From positions 1 through 41,315 of IMG/VR virus record IMGVR_UViG_3300027707_000037: a stretch of DNA of 41,315 nt, one strand, 5' to 3'. The notes under the pieces were generated by a model, which was not told the DNA's origin, made no database searches, and was given only the letters and a program-made list of their open reading frames with translations. The DNA comes from a virus. Taxonomy: Duplodnaviria; Caudoviricetes. The translations under genes and the position numbers were made by a program. Positions 1 to 11,175 of the stretch are shown here, piece by piece (within the stretch, counting starts at the first letter, position 1; every line of letters begins with the position of its first letter).

Positions 1-1077
1 AAACTTATCAATTAAATTATATCCTTCAACATAATTTCCATACATAAGCCTATTACCCATAATTGTTTGAGCCTGTGCAAATCTTGGAACATTATCATAC
101 AATCTAAGCAACTCTGATGAGTTCAAGATTGTAAATATTTTACTGTTACTAAAAATATAGGTGTAATCTGTATTATCAGCAAGACCTAAGTTCTGCTTGT
201 TTAACTTCTCAATTACTTTAATAATATTATTTGCAGACTGCTTAAATAATAAGTCAATACCAATTACAAGGTTGCCTCCTGAATTATATGTAACATTAGC
301 TGTGTTACAAAGGTTTACCATTCCCTCATTAAGCATACTATTTACGCTAAATTCAAAAGGATTTGGCACAAATGAAACTTGAGACCACTGAGACGTAGCA
401 GAATATTCTCCATCAATATATTTATATCTATAAGCAAAAGATATAAATCTTGTATCCATATAATTCTCTTGACCATTAGATACAATAGGAACTACTGTAG
501 GAGATTCAATTGGTGGCTTTTTAATTACCAATAATTGTTCTGCGTCAATACTATCTATTAATGCAATTGGATTAGGGTAATTCCTGTTTGTATTTATGAA
601 ACGTGGAGGATTGTAATCATCAGTAAAAAATAACAAGTCTTCAATAATATTAACTCCTGTAATCAAATACTTCTCATTGAAATTTAAAGTAGACTGAATA
701 CCACTCCCATCATTAACACTAATAACGTGATAAGTTAGTATGTTTGTTAATACGTTAAATGAAACAATTAAATCACAAATACCTGTAGCCCCAACAGAAA
801 AGGTACTATCGTGTACAAACCAATACACCGTCTCATTAGCACTGTCTTCAATAGCCCCAATACATCTTGCGTTTACGCTAAGCTGCACACCATTTGGACC
901 AAAAAGAGACGTAAGAGGAAGATTCCCCTTGGTATTTTCTATCACACCAATTTCAGACTTTTCTGTAGAACCCATTCTGACGTTCATAGCATCAATATAT
1001 TCCCCATCAGGTAAAACCCGTTGGTCAAATACCTTATTCATCCTTCCGGCTATGAAATTTCTTGTGACTTTTGTCAT
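1..1077 (-). CDS. Tail stabilisation/nozzle protein (crAss-like), partial, runs off the window's left edge
   Basis: Not in the ORF track. I translated from ATG at 1077: MTKVTRNFIAGRMNKVFDQRVLPDGEYIDAMNVRMGSTEKSEIGVIENTKGN. This N-terminus is typical of crAss-like stabilisation proteins, and the gene follows the tail tube genes. Confidence 0.75.
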   Translation of the reverse strand, partial: MTKVTRNFIAGRMNKVFDQRVLPDGEYIDAMNVRMGSTEKSEIGVIENTKGNLPLTSLFGPNGVQLSVNARCIGAIEDSANETVYWFVHDSTFSVGATGICDLIVSFNVLTNILTYHVISVNDGSGIQSTLNFNEKYLITGVNIIEDLLFFTDDYNPPRFINTNRNYPNPIALIDSIDAEQLLVIKKPPIESPTVVPIVSNGQENYMDTRFISFAYRYKYIDGEYSATSQWSQVSFVPNPFEFSVNSMLNEGMVNLCNTANVTYNSGGNLVIGIDLLFKQSANNIIKVIEKLNKQNLGLADNTDYTYIFSNSKIFTILNSSELLRLYDNVPRFAQAQTIMGNRLMYGNYVEGYNLIDKF

Positions 1078-1078
1078 A

Positions 1079-2002
1079 TTATTTAATTATCTTGTCCATC
1101 CCTCTAAGATTCATTAAAAGTCTTCCGGGATGTATGTTACTGATTCTGATTTTAGCATTACGAAGTAACGCTTGTCTTTCTTTACGTGCCCTATTAATTA
1201 TATATTCTTGAACTCCAAATTTAGAATTTAATATTTCAAATTTAATAGCTGCATATATATATTGTTCAAATAGTTTGTTAACAGTAACTCTTGATGTATC
1301 TCCATTCTCCATACCATCAGATACATACTCAAGAATGCAAGACTCATTTGACATTGAAGAATCAAAATTTATAACTCCTCTTTTCTTGTCTATATTAAAA
1401 GTAGGATTAAAGTTAGCAGTTTCTGTATTTAACCCAAAAGCTGCACCAATTTCATTTTGAAAATACCACATCCCATCAATGTTCCACCCATATTGCCCAT
1501 CAAATTGATTTCCTTGATTTAAGTAAATACTTTTCTTTAATCCCATTAATCTATCTAAGTCAATCTCAGAGTTTTGAGGCTGAAGTATCCCACCATTTTG
1601 GTCGAATAGTATCATTCCGGTATTATCTTGAAGATAAGCATTAGAAGAAATTGTTTGAATATTTTCCGTTAATGGTCTTAACCATCCGTCTTTATACAAC
1701 GAGATTCTAACCCAATTAACGTAGTCAGATGGTAGAATGTAAATTAAAGACTCAGGAACAGTTAACTGCAATACTTTTATTTCTTTGAAAGCATCATAAT
1801 TTAACTCTTGAATAGCACGTTTTGCGTGGAATAATATCTTGTATCGCTCCTCATTATTTACCAATGAATGGTTGCCTGAATACATCAATAAAAAGTTGTT
1901 TACAACATCTTGTAAGCTAACATATTGATAAGACCCCCAATTCGTATCTGTTGGATTAACTCCATTATTTTCGTAATACTGATATTGTGAAATATAAGCC
2001 AT
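1079..2002 (-). CDS. Tail tubular/ring (adaptor) structural protein
   Basis: 307 aa; LPSDYVNWVRIS and ILEYVSDGM motifs resemble crAss-like ring proteins; lies between capsid and stabilisation genes. Confidence 0.65.
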   Translation of the reverse strand: MAYISQYQYYENNGVNPTDTNWGSYQYVSLQDVVNNFLLMYSGNHSLVNNEERYKILFHAKRAIQELNYDAFKEIKVLQLTVPESLIYILPSDYVNWVRISLYKDGWLRPLTENIQTISSNAYLQDNTGMILFDQNGGILQPQNSEIDLDRLMGLKKSIYLNQGNQFDGQYGWNIDGMWYFQNEIGAAFGLNTETANFNPTFNIDKKRGVINFDSSMSNESCILEYVSDGMENGDTSRVTVNKLFEQYIYAAIKFEILNSKFGVQEYIINRARKERQALLRNAKIRISNIHPGRLLMNLRGMDKIIK

Positions 2003-2014
2003 ATTCTTTTAATT

Positions 2015-2995
2015 TTATTGTTGCATACTGAATGACGGTTGCTCGCGTTGTTCTTGACCCATTGCGTATTGAGTAACTTCTATCTCACGAATTGAAATAC
2101 CACAATATTGACAAATCTTCATAACTAATTTATAAGCATCTTCATTCGGTAATTCAAAGTCTTGATAATCTACTTGAGATTGGTCAAATACAGGCTCTCC
2201 TGCTGCCAATGAAATATAAGTCCATTTTGGAGTCTTAGGATACCTAAAGTAATCACATCTAACTGCCCCATATCCTAATATAGTAGTAGGATATAATGAC
2301 ATATACTCTGCTATGTTTGTATAAGCAGGATATATTAAAGATGGTGTTGTAAGAAGAGAATTTTCAAGTAAAAGTATTTTACTATTTGAAACCTTTTCGG
2401 CTTCTGAATAATCTGCTGCTGAATATATTATATATTCTTCTCCAAATAAAGGGTTTTGAAATATATTGTCATTTAAAAACAACTCATAAATATTAGCAGT
2501 CATACTTTCAACAGTTGTACTTTGAAATGTAGTTGCATTTACAACTATATCTCCTACTTGAACACCGGATGCAGGGAAATCTGCTGAAGAATCAAATAAC
2601 ATAAAGTTACCTTGAGAAGTATTTGTTCCGTTAATTAATTTTGTAGTATATACAATTATTTTGTTAATCATATATGCTGTATTACCTACAGTGGTTACTG
2701 AAGGAACAAAATAATTATTTAAAACATTTCCGGAAGCCGTTAGTTTTGGTACAAGGAAATCATTAAGTAAAAAACTCTCTAATACCTCCGACAATGGCTT
2801 GCTAATGTCAGCATAATCAGAACCTGATGCACGTCCATTTTCTGCATTCATTGTTTTATTAAAATTACTATAATATTCCTCGTACATCTCCATTTGTGCG
2901 TTTTTTGCATACAAATTGAAATCAGATGGAGAAATATATCCATAATTATTTTTATTAAGAATGGACAAAACTGTATTTCTTACCTCATTTATCAT
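2015..2995 (-). CDS. Tail tubular/ring protein with an inserted beta-rich domain
   Basis: 326 aa; N-terminus LSILNKNNYGYISPSDFN and DYFRYPKTPKW...DFELP resemble crAss-like ring proteins. Confidence 0.65.
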   Translation of the reverse strand: MINEVRNTVLSILNKNNYGYISPSDFNLYAKNAQMEMYEEYYSNFNKTMNAENGRASGSDYADISKPLSEVLESFLLNDFLVPKLTASGNVLNNYFVPSVTTVGNTAYMINKIIVYTTKLINGTNTSQGNFMLFDSSADFPASGVQVGDIVVNATTFQSTTVESMTANIYELFLNDNIFQNPLFGEEYIIYSAADYSEAEKVSNSKILLLENSLLTTPSLIYPAYTNIAEYMSLYPTTILGYGAVRCDYFRYPKTPKWTYISLAAGEPVFDQSQVDYQDFELPNEDAYKLVMKICQYCGISIREIEVTQYAMGQEQREQPSFSMQQ

Positions 2996-3013
2996 TTATC
3001 CAATATTTTTTTA

Positions 3014-3021
3014 CAAATATA
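3014..3021 (-). promoter_or_regulatory. Bacteroidota sigma-A -7 element (TATATTTG)
   Basis: Matches TAnnTTTG about 20 nt upstream of the 2995 start. Confidence 0.6.
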
Positions 3022-3022
3022 C

Positions 3023-3052
3023 AAAAAAAAGAGGGCACAATTTTGTACCCTC
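3023..3052 (-). terminator. Rho-independent terminator
   Basis: Minus strand GAGGGTACAA-AA-TTGTGCCCTC followed by T8. Confidence 0.75.
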
Positions 3053-3088
3053 ATTTCATCATTAATCAGAACACAATCAGAGAATCGA

Positions 3089-3835
3089 CTATTTTAATGT
3101 TGTTTCTAACATTTGCAATGCATCAAGACCTTCGTCACTTTTCAGAAAGAATGCTACTGTATCATTAGGGTTTTCTCCAAACGGAACAGATAACATTTTT
3201 TTCTTGTTTGTTGCAGTGTTATACCAAACCTCTTTGTCATTGTTTCGTAAAGCTAATAGTTTACTTTCAAAAAATAAACTAATTTTAGCTTGAAATTTAA
3301 GTTCAGGGTCATTTAATATGTTAAGAAACTCTTTTGGCTCTGTTTTAGCAAATACCAAAATATCTCTTTTTAATTCCGAAGTTGAAATTGTTGATGGGTC
3401 TTTCCCAAACATAACACGAGTTAGCATCTCAATTTGCTCAATACTAAGCTGACGAGCCTCTACTAATGCTTCTACTTCTATGTTTAAATCCTCTACTTCA
3501 GCAGCCGCATCTTTTTCTTTATCTACCTCTGTGAAAATAGTTCCATTCAAAGGATGATAGTGTAAGAAGGATTGGAGAACAGGGTTCTGTCTTGGGACTC
3601 TAAGAAGTCCATCTTCAAAAATTACAGGCTCAACAATTGCATTACCATCTTGGTCGTCTTCAAAAGGAGACTTCTGATTTTTTGCATATCTAAGAGCACG
3701 ATTTACATTGTTTTTTTCATCGTACCACATAAGCGGAAACCGAGGATGGTTTCTTGAAGCTAAAGTGTATGATAATGGGGTCCCAATCATTAATCGGTAA
3801 ACCTTGTCTACAGGAGTGTTATTATTTTTTGCCAT
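3089..3835 (-). CDS. Conserved hypothetical protein downstream of MCP (virion-associated or assembly)
   Basis: 248 aa ORF with RALRYAKNQKSPFEDDQ and FLHYHP motifs; position directly after MCP. Confidence 0.55.
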   Translation of the reverse strand: MAKNNNTPVDKVYRLMIGTPLSYTLASRNHPRFPLMWYDEKNNVNRALRYAKNQKSPFEDDQDGNAIVEPVIFEDGLLRVPRQNPVLQSFLHYHPLNGTIFTEVDKEKDAAAEVEDLNIEVEALVEARQLSIEQIEMLTRVMFGKDPSTISTSELKRDILVFAKTEPKEFLNILNDPELKFQAKISLFFESKLLALRNNDKEVWYNTATNKKKMLSVPFGENPNDTVAFFLKSDEGLDALQMLETTLK

Positions 3836-3859
3836 TTTATTTAAGATTTAATTTAATTT

Positions 3860-3892
3860 AAAAAAAGGAGAGTGTCTTTGAAGACACCCTCC
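3860..3892 (-). terminator. Rho-independent terminator after MCP, built around the 16-bp palindrome
   Basis: Minus strand GGAGGGTGTCTT-CA-AAGACACTCTCC followed by T7. Confidence 0.75.
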
Positions 3893-3909
3893 CCTATATT
3901 TACCACCTA

Positions 3910-5328
3910 TTAACCAAAACGGAATAATACGAAGTTGTTTGCACCTAAAGTACATACACAACGCTCAGAAAGGAAGTTAACCTCCATTGCATCTAAGTCG
4001 CTTGTTTGTGCCCCACCGGCAGAACCTGTAATCCAAGTCTTGTAACGTCTGTCTTCTGCTTCAGAAGCACGATAACGAACGTGTAAGAATGGACGCTTAG
4101 CGTTCTTTCCCATAATTTGGTCATACACTGAAGTAGAACCTGCAGGAACCATAAGACCTGTGATTGTACCTGTTGCAGTAGCAAGTGTTTGGCTAAGACC
4201 ACCACGCATAGTTGGGTCATTTAAGTATTTCCAATCAGATTTGTAGAAATCATAACCTCTACGGAATCCTGTGAAACCTAAATTTAACGCCATATTTACG
4301 TCATTGTCAAATAAACCAAATGAAGCTGACTGAGCAATACCACCTGAAGTGTAACCGTTTAATGTTGCTAACATATTGTCGATGTCAAAAGACAATCCAC
4401 GGTTAACAAACACTACGTTTTCTTCGATAGCACCTTGTTTGTCCAAACGAGAAACGATTGTATCCCAATCAGTAAGTGATGTTGGTGTACCTGCACCCCA
4501 TACATTACCTCTATCGTTTACAACATAGAAGATACCTTGTGAACCGATGAATCCTGCTGCATTAGCACCTGAACCTGCTACAGCAGGAACAGCTTCAATC
4601 ATTGCAGTCTCAAGATAATCTTCAAAACGAAGACGAGTCTCGTGCTCTGATTTCAAATACCAAAGGTATCCTGTAGCACCATTCTCAGTAGTTACTTCAA
4701 CCCATCCGATTTGAGCCATATCTGAACCATTAACCGCATATTTATCTTTTATGATAATAGGGTTATTAGTGTATATGTCATCTTCAGATTCTAAAGAACC
4801 AACCATTCCGCCTGTACCTTTCTTAAACTCAGACCCATAGATAAATACTGTACACTGAACAGCCGCAGCAAATGCTTGACCTGTACTTTCATAGAAAGCT
4901 ACAGTGAAAGTAGTTGCAGAAGGAACAGCAGTAACGATTCCTTTGTTGAAAACACCTGAAGCGTTTGTCTGAATCATTACAGTTTGTCCTACACGGATTG
5001 CAATGTAAGTAACACCTGCATCAGCTACTGTAAAAGTTGCAGTTGCTGCTGTTGCTGCTGCTGCTGAAGTAACCTGAGTGTACTTGATGTGTAAACGACC
5101 TTGCTCTGCCCATTTAATTTGGTCAGAGTTAGAAGGCATCTCTGCTCCTACCATACGTAAGAAAGATGCAATTGTACGATTACCATAACGCTCAAATTCT
5201 TTCTCATAAGTATCAGGAAGATACTGATTCAAGAAGTTGAAGTTAGTAATGTAGTTTGTTTGTAACGCTACCTGTTCTGCTGACGGTTGCAGAGCGAAGG
5301 TGGGCGTTGCTAATAATGAACCTGCCAT
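3910..5328 (-). CDS. Major capsid protein
   Basis: 472 aa; follows scaffold and portal; strong terminator after it; IKWAEQGRLH and FLSERCVCTLGANNF resemble crAss-like MCPs. Confidence 0.85.
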   Translation of the reverse strand: MAGSLLATPTFALQPSAEQVALQTNYITNFNFLNQYLPDTYEKEFERYGNRTIASFLRMVGAEMPSNSDQIKWAEQGRLHIKYTQVTSAAAATAATATFTVADAGVTYIAIRVGQTVMIQTNASGVFNKGIVTAVPSATTFTVAFYESTGQAFAAAVQCTVFIYGSEFKKGTGGMVGSLESEDDIYTNNPIIIKDKYAVNGSDMAQIGWVEVTTENGATGYLWYLKSEHETRLRFEDYLETAMIEAVPAVAGSGANAAGFIGSQGIFYVVNDRGNVWGAGTPTSLTDWDTIVSRLDKQGAIEENVVFVNRGLSFDIDNMLATLNGYTSGGIAQSASFGLFDNDVNMALNLGFTGFRRGYDFYKSDWKYLNDPTMRGGLSQTLATATGTITGLMVPAGSTSVYDQIMGKNAKRPFLHVRYRASEAEDRRYKTWITGSAGGAQTSDLDAMEVNFLSERCVCTLGANNFVLFRFG

Positions 5329-5350
5329 TTTTTTTTAGTTTTAAATTGTT

Positions 5351-6439
5351 TTAAATACGTTTTATGCTACGAATTTTAAGACTCCTTCCTGAGTCAGGGT
5401 TCATAGCCTTTACCTGCATCCCATCATTGGTTTTTGAAACTTCAGGTGCTCTACGTTCAGACATATTGATATTCTTTATGCCCTTTAAAGTACCTTCTGT
5501 TGCATCCGCCTGTCCTTGTTCATAAAAGAACTTTGCGAACTTTTCGGGATTCATCGCAATTGCTAATGACCTGTGATAGCCTGCCGCATCTTTAATCAAA
5601 CCACTTTCATCTAAAAACTTCTTAATAAAGTTTTCAGGATTAGATTGTAGTTTTTTTAACTCTTTCGCATCGCCCGGAGTATATGCAATTTTTTTATTGT
5701 TGACATCAAATTCAAAACCTTTGAACTCGTTATCAAAAACTTCATCAGTTTTTTGAGTGAACCACTGACGCTTGCGACTATTCTCTTCTTCTACAGTCTT
5801 AGATTGCTTTGTATATTCACGATACAAATCATATTCTTCTTTTTCTTCTTGAGAAAGTGATGCCGGACTTGACTCAAGGGGCATTTTATACTTCTCTTTC
5901 TGATTATTGAAGAATTTCTTTGCTTCGTTAATAATCTTTTTTCTTTCGATTTTTGTCTTCTTAATCTTTGACTCATCGTCAATGTCTTCATCGTAACGAT
6001 AATCATCCATTAAAGAATCAATGTCATCAGCATCAAGTCCTTCTTGAGTTGATGATAAATAATCTTTTACAAGTTGCTCAGGCTCCATTGAATCGAAATC
6101 CTTACTTAACTTAAGGAAGTCATTAATCCCTCTACCTGTTTCTTTTTTATACTTTAAAAAAGCAGAAACATCTTCAGGAAGTTCCTCAGCTTCTTTTCTC
6201 TCAGACACCAACTCATCAAAAGAGTTAATCTGTTTATTATATCGCTTTTCAATATATGAAAGAACTTTTTGTTCATCTAAATAATCGTTCTCTTCGTTTT
6301 CTACCGGAACACTTTTGTTTTCTACCGGAGTAACTTCATTATTTAATTCTTTATCGTGCTTATCAAGTAATTCTTGTTCTACTTGTGCCACTCCTTTTTC
6401 ATCTGCTCCGTCTAAGAGTCTAACTTTTATGTTTTCCAT
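5351..6439 (-). CDS. Capsid scaffolding protein (putative)
   Basis: 362 aa, highly charged and helical, between portal and MCP. Confidence 0.65.
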   Translation of the reverse strand: MENIKVRLLDGADEKGVAQVEQELLDKHDKELNNEVTPVENKSVPVENEENDYLDEQKVLSYIEKRYNKQINSFDELVSERKEAEELPEDVSAFLKYKKETGRGINDFLKLSKDFDSMEPEQLVKDYLSSTQEGLDADDIDSLMDDYRYDEDIDDESKIKKTKIERKKIINEAKKFFNNQKEKYKMPLESSPASLSQEEKEEYDLYREYTKQSKTVEEENSRKRQWFTQKTDEVFDNEFKGFEFDVNNKKIAYTPGDAKELKKLQSNPENFIKKFLDESGLIKDAAGYHRSLAIAMNPEKFAKFFYEQGQADATEGTLKGIKNINMSERRAPEVSKTNDGMQVKAMNPDSGRSLKIRSIKRI

Positions 6440-6465
6440 TTTATTTTATTTAATTTAATTTGTTA

Positions 6466-6473
6466 CAAATTTA
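6466..6473 (-). promoter_or_regulatory. Bacteroidota -7 element (TAAATTTG) for scaffold-MCP
   Basis: TAnnTTTG in the intergenic gap upstream of 6439. Confidence 0.6.
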
Positions 6474-6493
6474 AACAAAAATTCTGATATAAT

Positions 6494-8929
6494 TTAACGA
6501 GGCTCAAACTCTGCTAAATCGAACCCGTCTAAGCTATCTTCATTAGATTCAAAATCCAATGGAGGTAAGTTGTTTTTCTTTTGATTAACTATCTTAGAAT
6601 GTTCGGTATTTTGTTGGCTAATTCTTTTTGATTTTGAATCTTCCTTCATTTTATCACGTTCTGTAAGAGACCCTGCATTTATTTGTGCTAATTGCATATT
6701 AAATTGGAACTCTTTATCCATTAGCATTAATTTTAATTCTGCCTCTTTCTCCATTACCTGTAAATCAAATTGAGACTCTGCTTGTTTAAGTTGCATTTTA
6801 CCCTGCAATTCTCCTTGAATTTTTTGCATAGCAACCTGTGCTGCCATTTGTTGTGATTGTTGGTTTTGCTGTGCAATCATAGCTTGCTTCTGCATACCCA
6901 TCTTCTCTTCTCTTTCTTGCTTTTTAACTCGTTTAAGTTTAAGCAATTGATTGGCAAGTTTAAGATTTCTAAGTTCCCTAATATCAATAGCATCTTCAAG
7001 ATTAATATCTCCCTTAGATAAAGCCATTTGAATGTTTTGTTCAAGTTGACTTTTCTGTTCTTCATCCGGTGCTACTTCAATGAAAATACCAAAATCATAG
7101 ATATACAAGTCGCTTATCTCAGAAAGTAAATTGACATTGTATTTTCCAATTTGATTTATAAATTCATCTTTAAACTCAGCATATTCTAAAATATCTGAAA
7201 TTCTATACGTAAGACCTTCTGCTATTGTTTTATATATGTACAATCCTGACTCAAGAATATGACGAGTAGCTGTATTTGAATTTAAAGCAGCTAATTTCTG
7301 TAATCCAACTAAAGAATTAGGGTCAGGTGTTGAGCCATCTCTTGCCTCGTTTAGACCGGTAACAGACCTTATCATATCCAAGTAGTGATTGTAATTAGCA
7401 AGAAGCATCTGAGTTTTACTTACTCCCGAATTAGATGTAAGTTGAGTAATAGGTATTTTTGCATTATTAAAATCTCCATCTCCTGTAAAACTTCTTCCAA
7501 TAACAGAACCTGTTTGGAAGTAAAGTCTTAAAGCATCTTCAGGGTTGTAAGCATTTCCTGTTCCTAAGTCAATTTCACTTAATCCATCAGCATCAATAAA
7601 TACACCATCAGGTACAACTCTATTAATTACTTGTTGCATTTTTAAGTGAGTAATTTGAATTAAGTCTGCAAAAGGAATCATTCTACGAACTAACGATTCA
7701 ATAACCCCCTTGTACATACGAGGAGCACAAGCTACATAATTAGGTATGGCGTGCTGAGAAGCTGACTTAGGTCTAACCATATTTTCAGCCAATTCCCACT
7801 TAAGTAAAATATTAGTACCCATAACCATAATACCTTCGTACCATACGTCAATGGTCTTTTCTATTTTTTCAAAACTCCCTTCCTCCATCATTTCTTTAGG
7901 AGGATTAAATGAATCGTCCTTTTGGATAATTCTTATACCGCCACCGTCAAGGGTTTTCTTTTTATATACAATATTCTTGGAAGTTTTGTAATTGAAATAC
8001 AGTAAAGTACAAGTATCACGGAAGAACATATCATTCTGATAGAACTGTGCTACATTAAAATAATCGTACCAAGCATTGCTAAATTGAGATATTTGACCCA
8101 AATCTTCTTTTGTTAAAGATTGGTCTATTTTATACAACTCAGTTAAAGGTACTGTCTTAATCTCTCCCCAATAAAAACAATCTTTAAATTTAGGGTCTTC
8201 AGTATAACTATACACTACATTAGCAGGGTCTACATATGAAATCTTAATACCTGCTCCGGGAAGAAATTCGTGCTTTGCAACAGCAAGACCAACTACAGTC
8301 GCATCATAATCAAGTCTTTTTCTAATGTCATCATATTTGTTATTATCAAATATGGTATTAATAGCTTCCTCTTCTGCTATTTCAATTGCAGGCTTATAAT
8401 TAAGCTGCATATGAAGTTTCATTTCATCATCATTTGTAGGAAGTTTTTCAGGGTCCATCATAAATGGATTTGCTCCTGTTGATTGTTGAATAATATCCAA
8501 CACTTCCTTTGCTGCGACCTGACCTTCTAACTGCTCTTGATATTGATTACGATGTTCTTGAGACATAGCATCTTGTGCATATGCCTTTACTTTGAATAGT
8601 CTTTCAGACATCCCATTTACTACTATATCTACAAACTTTGGTAGAATAGGTACAGGAGTCCAATCAAGATTTAGATAAGAAATATCTCCATCAATAGCTA
8701 ATTCATTTTTATATTTTGCAATAGACTGCTCGCCTCTCGCATATAATCTTAGTCTATGGAACTCTCTCCATTGACCATAAAATCTACAAGTATTACCATC
8801 TTTTTTAAACCACTCATACTGTATTGCTTGACCAACTTGTAATCCATATGCATCGCTTTTCTTTTCAGCATCAGATGCCATTTGAGTTGGGAAAACCGAA
8901 GATGTTATGTCTATTAATATGTTTTTCAT
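6494..8929 (-). CDS. Portal protein
   Basis: 811 aa directly after TerL; LDWTPVPILPKFVDIVVNG and VTGLNEARDGS motifs; Gln-rich C-terminal coiled-coil barrel. Confidence 0.85.
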   Translation of the reverse strand: MKNILIDITSSVFPTQMASDAEKKSDAYGLQVGQAIQYEWFKKDGNTCRFYGQWREFHRLRLYARGEQSIAKYKNELAIDGDISYLNLDWTPVPILPKFVDIVVNGMSERLFKVKAYAQDAMSQEHRNQYQEQLEGQVAAKEVLDIIQQSTGANPFMMDPEKLPTNDDEMKLHMQLNYKPAIEIAEEEAINTIFDNNKYDDIRKRLDYDATVVGLAVAKHEFLPGAGIKISYVDPANVVYSYTEDPKFKDCFYWGEIKTVPLTELYKIDQSLTKEDLGQISQFSNAWYDYFNVAQFYQNDMFFRDTCTLLYFNYKTSKNIVYKKKTLDGGGIRIIQKDDSFNPPKEMMEEGSFEKIEKTIDVWYEGIMVMGTNILLKWELAENMVRPKSASQHAIPNYVACAPRMYKGVIESLVRRMIPFADLIQITHLKMQQVINRVVPDGVFIDADGLSEIDLGTGNAYNPEDALRLYFQTGSVIGRSFTGDGDFNNAKIPITQLTSNSGVSKTQMLLANYNHYLDMIRSVTGLNEARDGSTPDPNSLVGLQKLAALNSNTATRHILESGLYIYKTIAEGLTYRISDILEYAEFKDEFINQIGKYNVNLLSEISDLYIYDFGIFIEVAPDEEQKSQLEQNIQMALSKGDINLEDAIDIRELRNLKLANQLLKLKRVKKQEREEKMGMQKQAMIAQQNQQSQQMAAQVAMQKIQGELQGKMQLKQAESQFDLQVMEKEAELKLMLMDKEFQFNMQLAQINAGSLTERDKMKEDSKSKRISQQNTEHSKIVNQKKNNLPPLDFESNEDSLDGFDLAEFEPR

Positions 8930-11175
8930 CGGATTAATTGGCTTAAGTTACCATCCTGTTTATATCTTGCGAAGTTAATACTAATTTTTGATTCTTTTTT
9001 TTCAGGCATATATAAATGTTTTTGATTAGCCATAATAGCTAACCCCGAACTAATAGATGCATCATATTTTGTTCTGTCGTTAATGTCAAACTTTGCCCAA
9101 TCTTCTAATGTTCGTATAAAAGGCATTGTTCCCATTTCTTCAGGGTCTCTATATTTAGCTTCTAAATCTAATCCTATATACTTTTCAATATAAGATTCAA
9201 TAGCTGCTGCGTGAGCCTGTTTAACATCTTCTGAAGTATTTGGTATGCCTCCAAGTTCTCTTTCTGTTTTTGACAACTTTGCATATTGCTTATCAGGTCT
9301 ATTTAAACAGAACCCTCTGTACCCTCTATTTTTAAAATGGTATAATAGCCTTGGTTTGTTATTCTCTATTAGTATAGGCATTCCAAAAAATACACACGCC
9401 ATAAGAACTTCCTCAAAAAATATCTCAGCAGTTTGTGGACGAGCCGTATATTCTAAAAAAAATTCATTAACAGGACCTTCATCCATATGGAATTTAGTTA
9501 GTCCGTGTAACGAGCCATTTGACCCCCTACCGTCAACTACAGCAGATATATCATAAGAGTCACATCCAAATGACCCCATATGCTCATTACCTGCGTATTT
9601 AATACCTAATCTTGTATGAATATTATTCTGAAGATGCTTAGGAGGAAACCAACTACAAAAGAACCTTCCGTTTTTATCAGGGTACCATATTACTTCGGTA
9701 TCTTTTATCCCATCCTTCCAACTAAAAGACCCACGAGTGATATAATGTTCTTTAATCATTGAGTCATTGTAATCTATCTGATGGTATATTTTAGTAAGAT
9801 TAAACAAAGCCTGCTTGCTCTCATCACGAAAGGCGTGAGACTCTGTTCTTGGGAACTGACGGTAAAATTCATTCAATGCATCTGAATCGCTTTTTAATGA
9901 ATCTACTTCAGCTTCCCAATAATCTATAGCACCATTACTTATCCATCCTGAATCAACTCCTAATACTTTATTTTTTGGCTTCCTAAATACAGGCATCCCA
10001 AAACGGTCAATAAATCCTTCCATATTCCATTCCATAGGAATAAATAAACCATATAGCCCGCTTTTTGTTTGCCCATTTGCATTACGAGTTGTAACACGTG
10101 AGTCTTCATATATATCTTTGAAATTCTGACCTCCTTTAGATAATGCATTTGAGGTAGAGCCCATCATACACTTTCCGATGATTTTAGACCCTAATCGAAG
10201 ACAAGTCTTAGTAACCCTCCAATTCTCCTTAATATTTACAGGCTTAGTCCATTTACCACTTTCATCGTGAGCCAAAAACAATAGTTTTTCTCCATCATAA
10301 GAGTTATCTTCTGTATTCTTCCAATCTATGGTTGTATCCAACCCATCTATTTCATTATTGGTTGTATCATACATATTCTTCTTTGTAATCTTAGATGCCG
10401 GCAAACGGAAAGCTAATTCAGTCTTTGGCTTATCCATACCATCCATTACCGGTTTAAAGAAGAAAGGGAGCCTACTATTTATAGGGACAACCTTGTCTGT
10501 AAACATTTTTTTAGCATCAGCACCTGTCTTTGAAAGTATTCCTACCCTCGCATCTCTTGCAAGCGTACCTACATTAATACATTCAGATGATGACATAAAA
10601 GAAAACCCTGAACGTCTTATCTTTAAATAGACCATTCCAAATGACCTATAGTCTGCCCTGCACGCTTCCCAAAATATCCAATAGATTCTATTGGCTTCTC
10701 TAAAGTCAGGATACCCTATATCAATACTTGACCACTGAAGGTACATCCAATGAGACCCTGTTATATAAGTTGTGGTCCCATTGTTCATAAACCAAAAGCC
10801 TTGCTCTCTATAATCAAATTGCTTTTCAATATAGTCAACCCATTGATTTTTAAATTGAGATGGCATTTCGTTCCAATGAAATATAGATTGGATTTTAGAC
10901 AACTCCCTTGGACAACTTTCTCTTTCCCAATATTGTTCAGACGCTTTAGCGTGTCTTTGAAGACAGTCTTTAGGAGCAAGAGGAAGGGCTATAGCTAATC
11001 CTGAAATACTTATAATTTCTCCAATCTGTCCTGTTTTAGAGATAACAACCATATTATACTTGTCATCATACCCATAGTCCCACGTATTAGCCTTGTTTTT
11101 ATTTGCAAGAACATTAGCCGGCACGTAGTCATATAGCACCCTATATAAGTCATTATTTTGAACGTCTTTCTGCAA
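8926..11175 (-). CDS. terL: Terminase large subunit
   Basis: 749 aa; Walker A-like LKIRRSGFS, Walker B LAHDESGKW, MGSTS coupling motif, nuclease FGCDSYD and IENN. Confidence 0.9.
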   Translation of the reverse strand: MQKDVQNNDLYRVLYDYVPANVLANKNKANTWDYGYDDKYNMVVISKTGQIGEIISISGLAIALPLAPKDCLQRHAKASEQYWERESCPRELSKIQSIFHWNEMPSQFKNQWVDYIEKQFDYREQGFWFMNNGTTTYITGSHWMYLQWSSIDIGYPDFREANRIYWIFWEACRADYRSFGMVYLKIRRSGFSFMSSSECINVGTLARDARVGILSKTGADAKKMFTDKVVPINSRLPFFFKPVMDGMDKPKTELAFRLPASKITKKNMYDTTNNEIDGLDTTIDWKNTEDNSYDGEKLLFLAHDESGKWTKPVNIKENWRVTKTCLRLGSKIIGKCMMGSTSNALSKGGQNFKDIYEDSRVTTRNANGQTKSGLYGLFIPMEWNMEGFIDRFGMPVFRKPKNKVLGVDSGWISNGAIDYWEAEVDSLKSDSDALNEFYRQFPRTESHAFRDESKQALFNLTKIYHQIDYNDSMIKEHYITRGSFSWKDGIKDTEVIWYPDKNGRFFCSWFPPKHLQNNIHTRLGIKYAGNEHMGSFGCDSYDISAVVDGRGSNGSLHGLTKFHMDEGPVNEFFLEYTARPQTAEIFFEEVLMACVFFGMPILIENNKPRLLYHFKNRGYRGFCLNRPDKQYAKLSKTERELGGIPNTSEDVKQAHAAAIESYIEKYIGLDLEAKYRDPEEMGTMPFIRTLEDWAKFDINDRTKYDASISSGLAIMANQKHLYMPEKKESKISINFARYKQDGNLSQLIR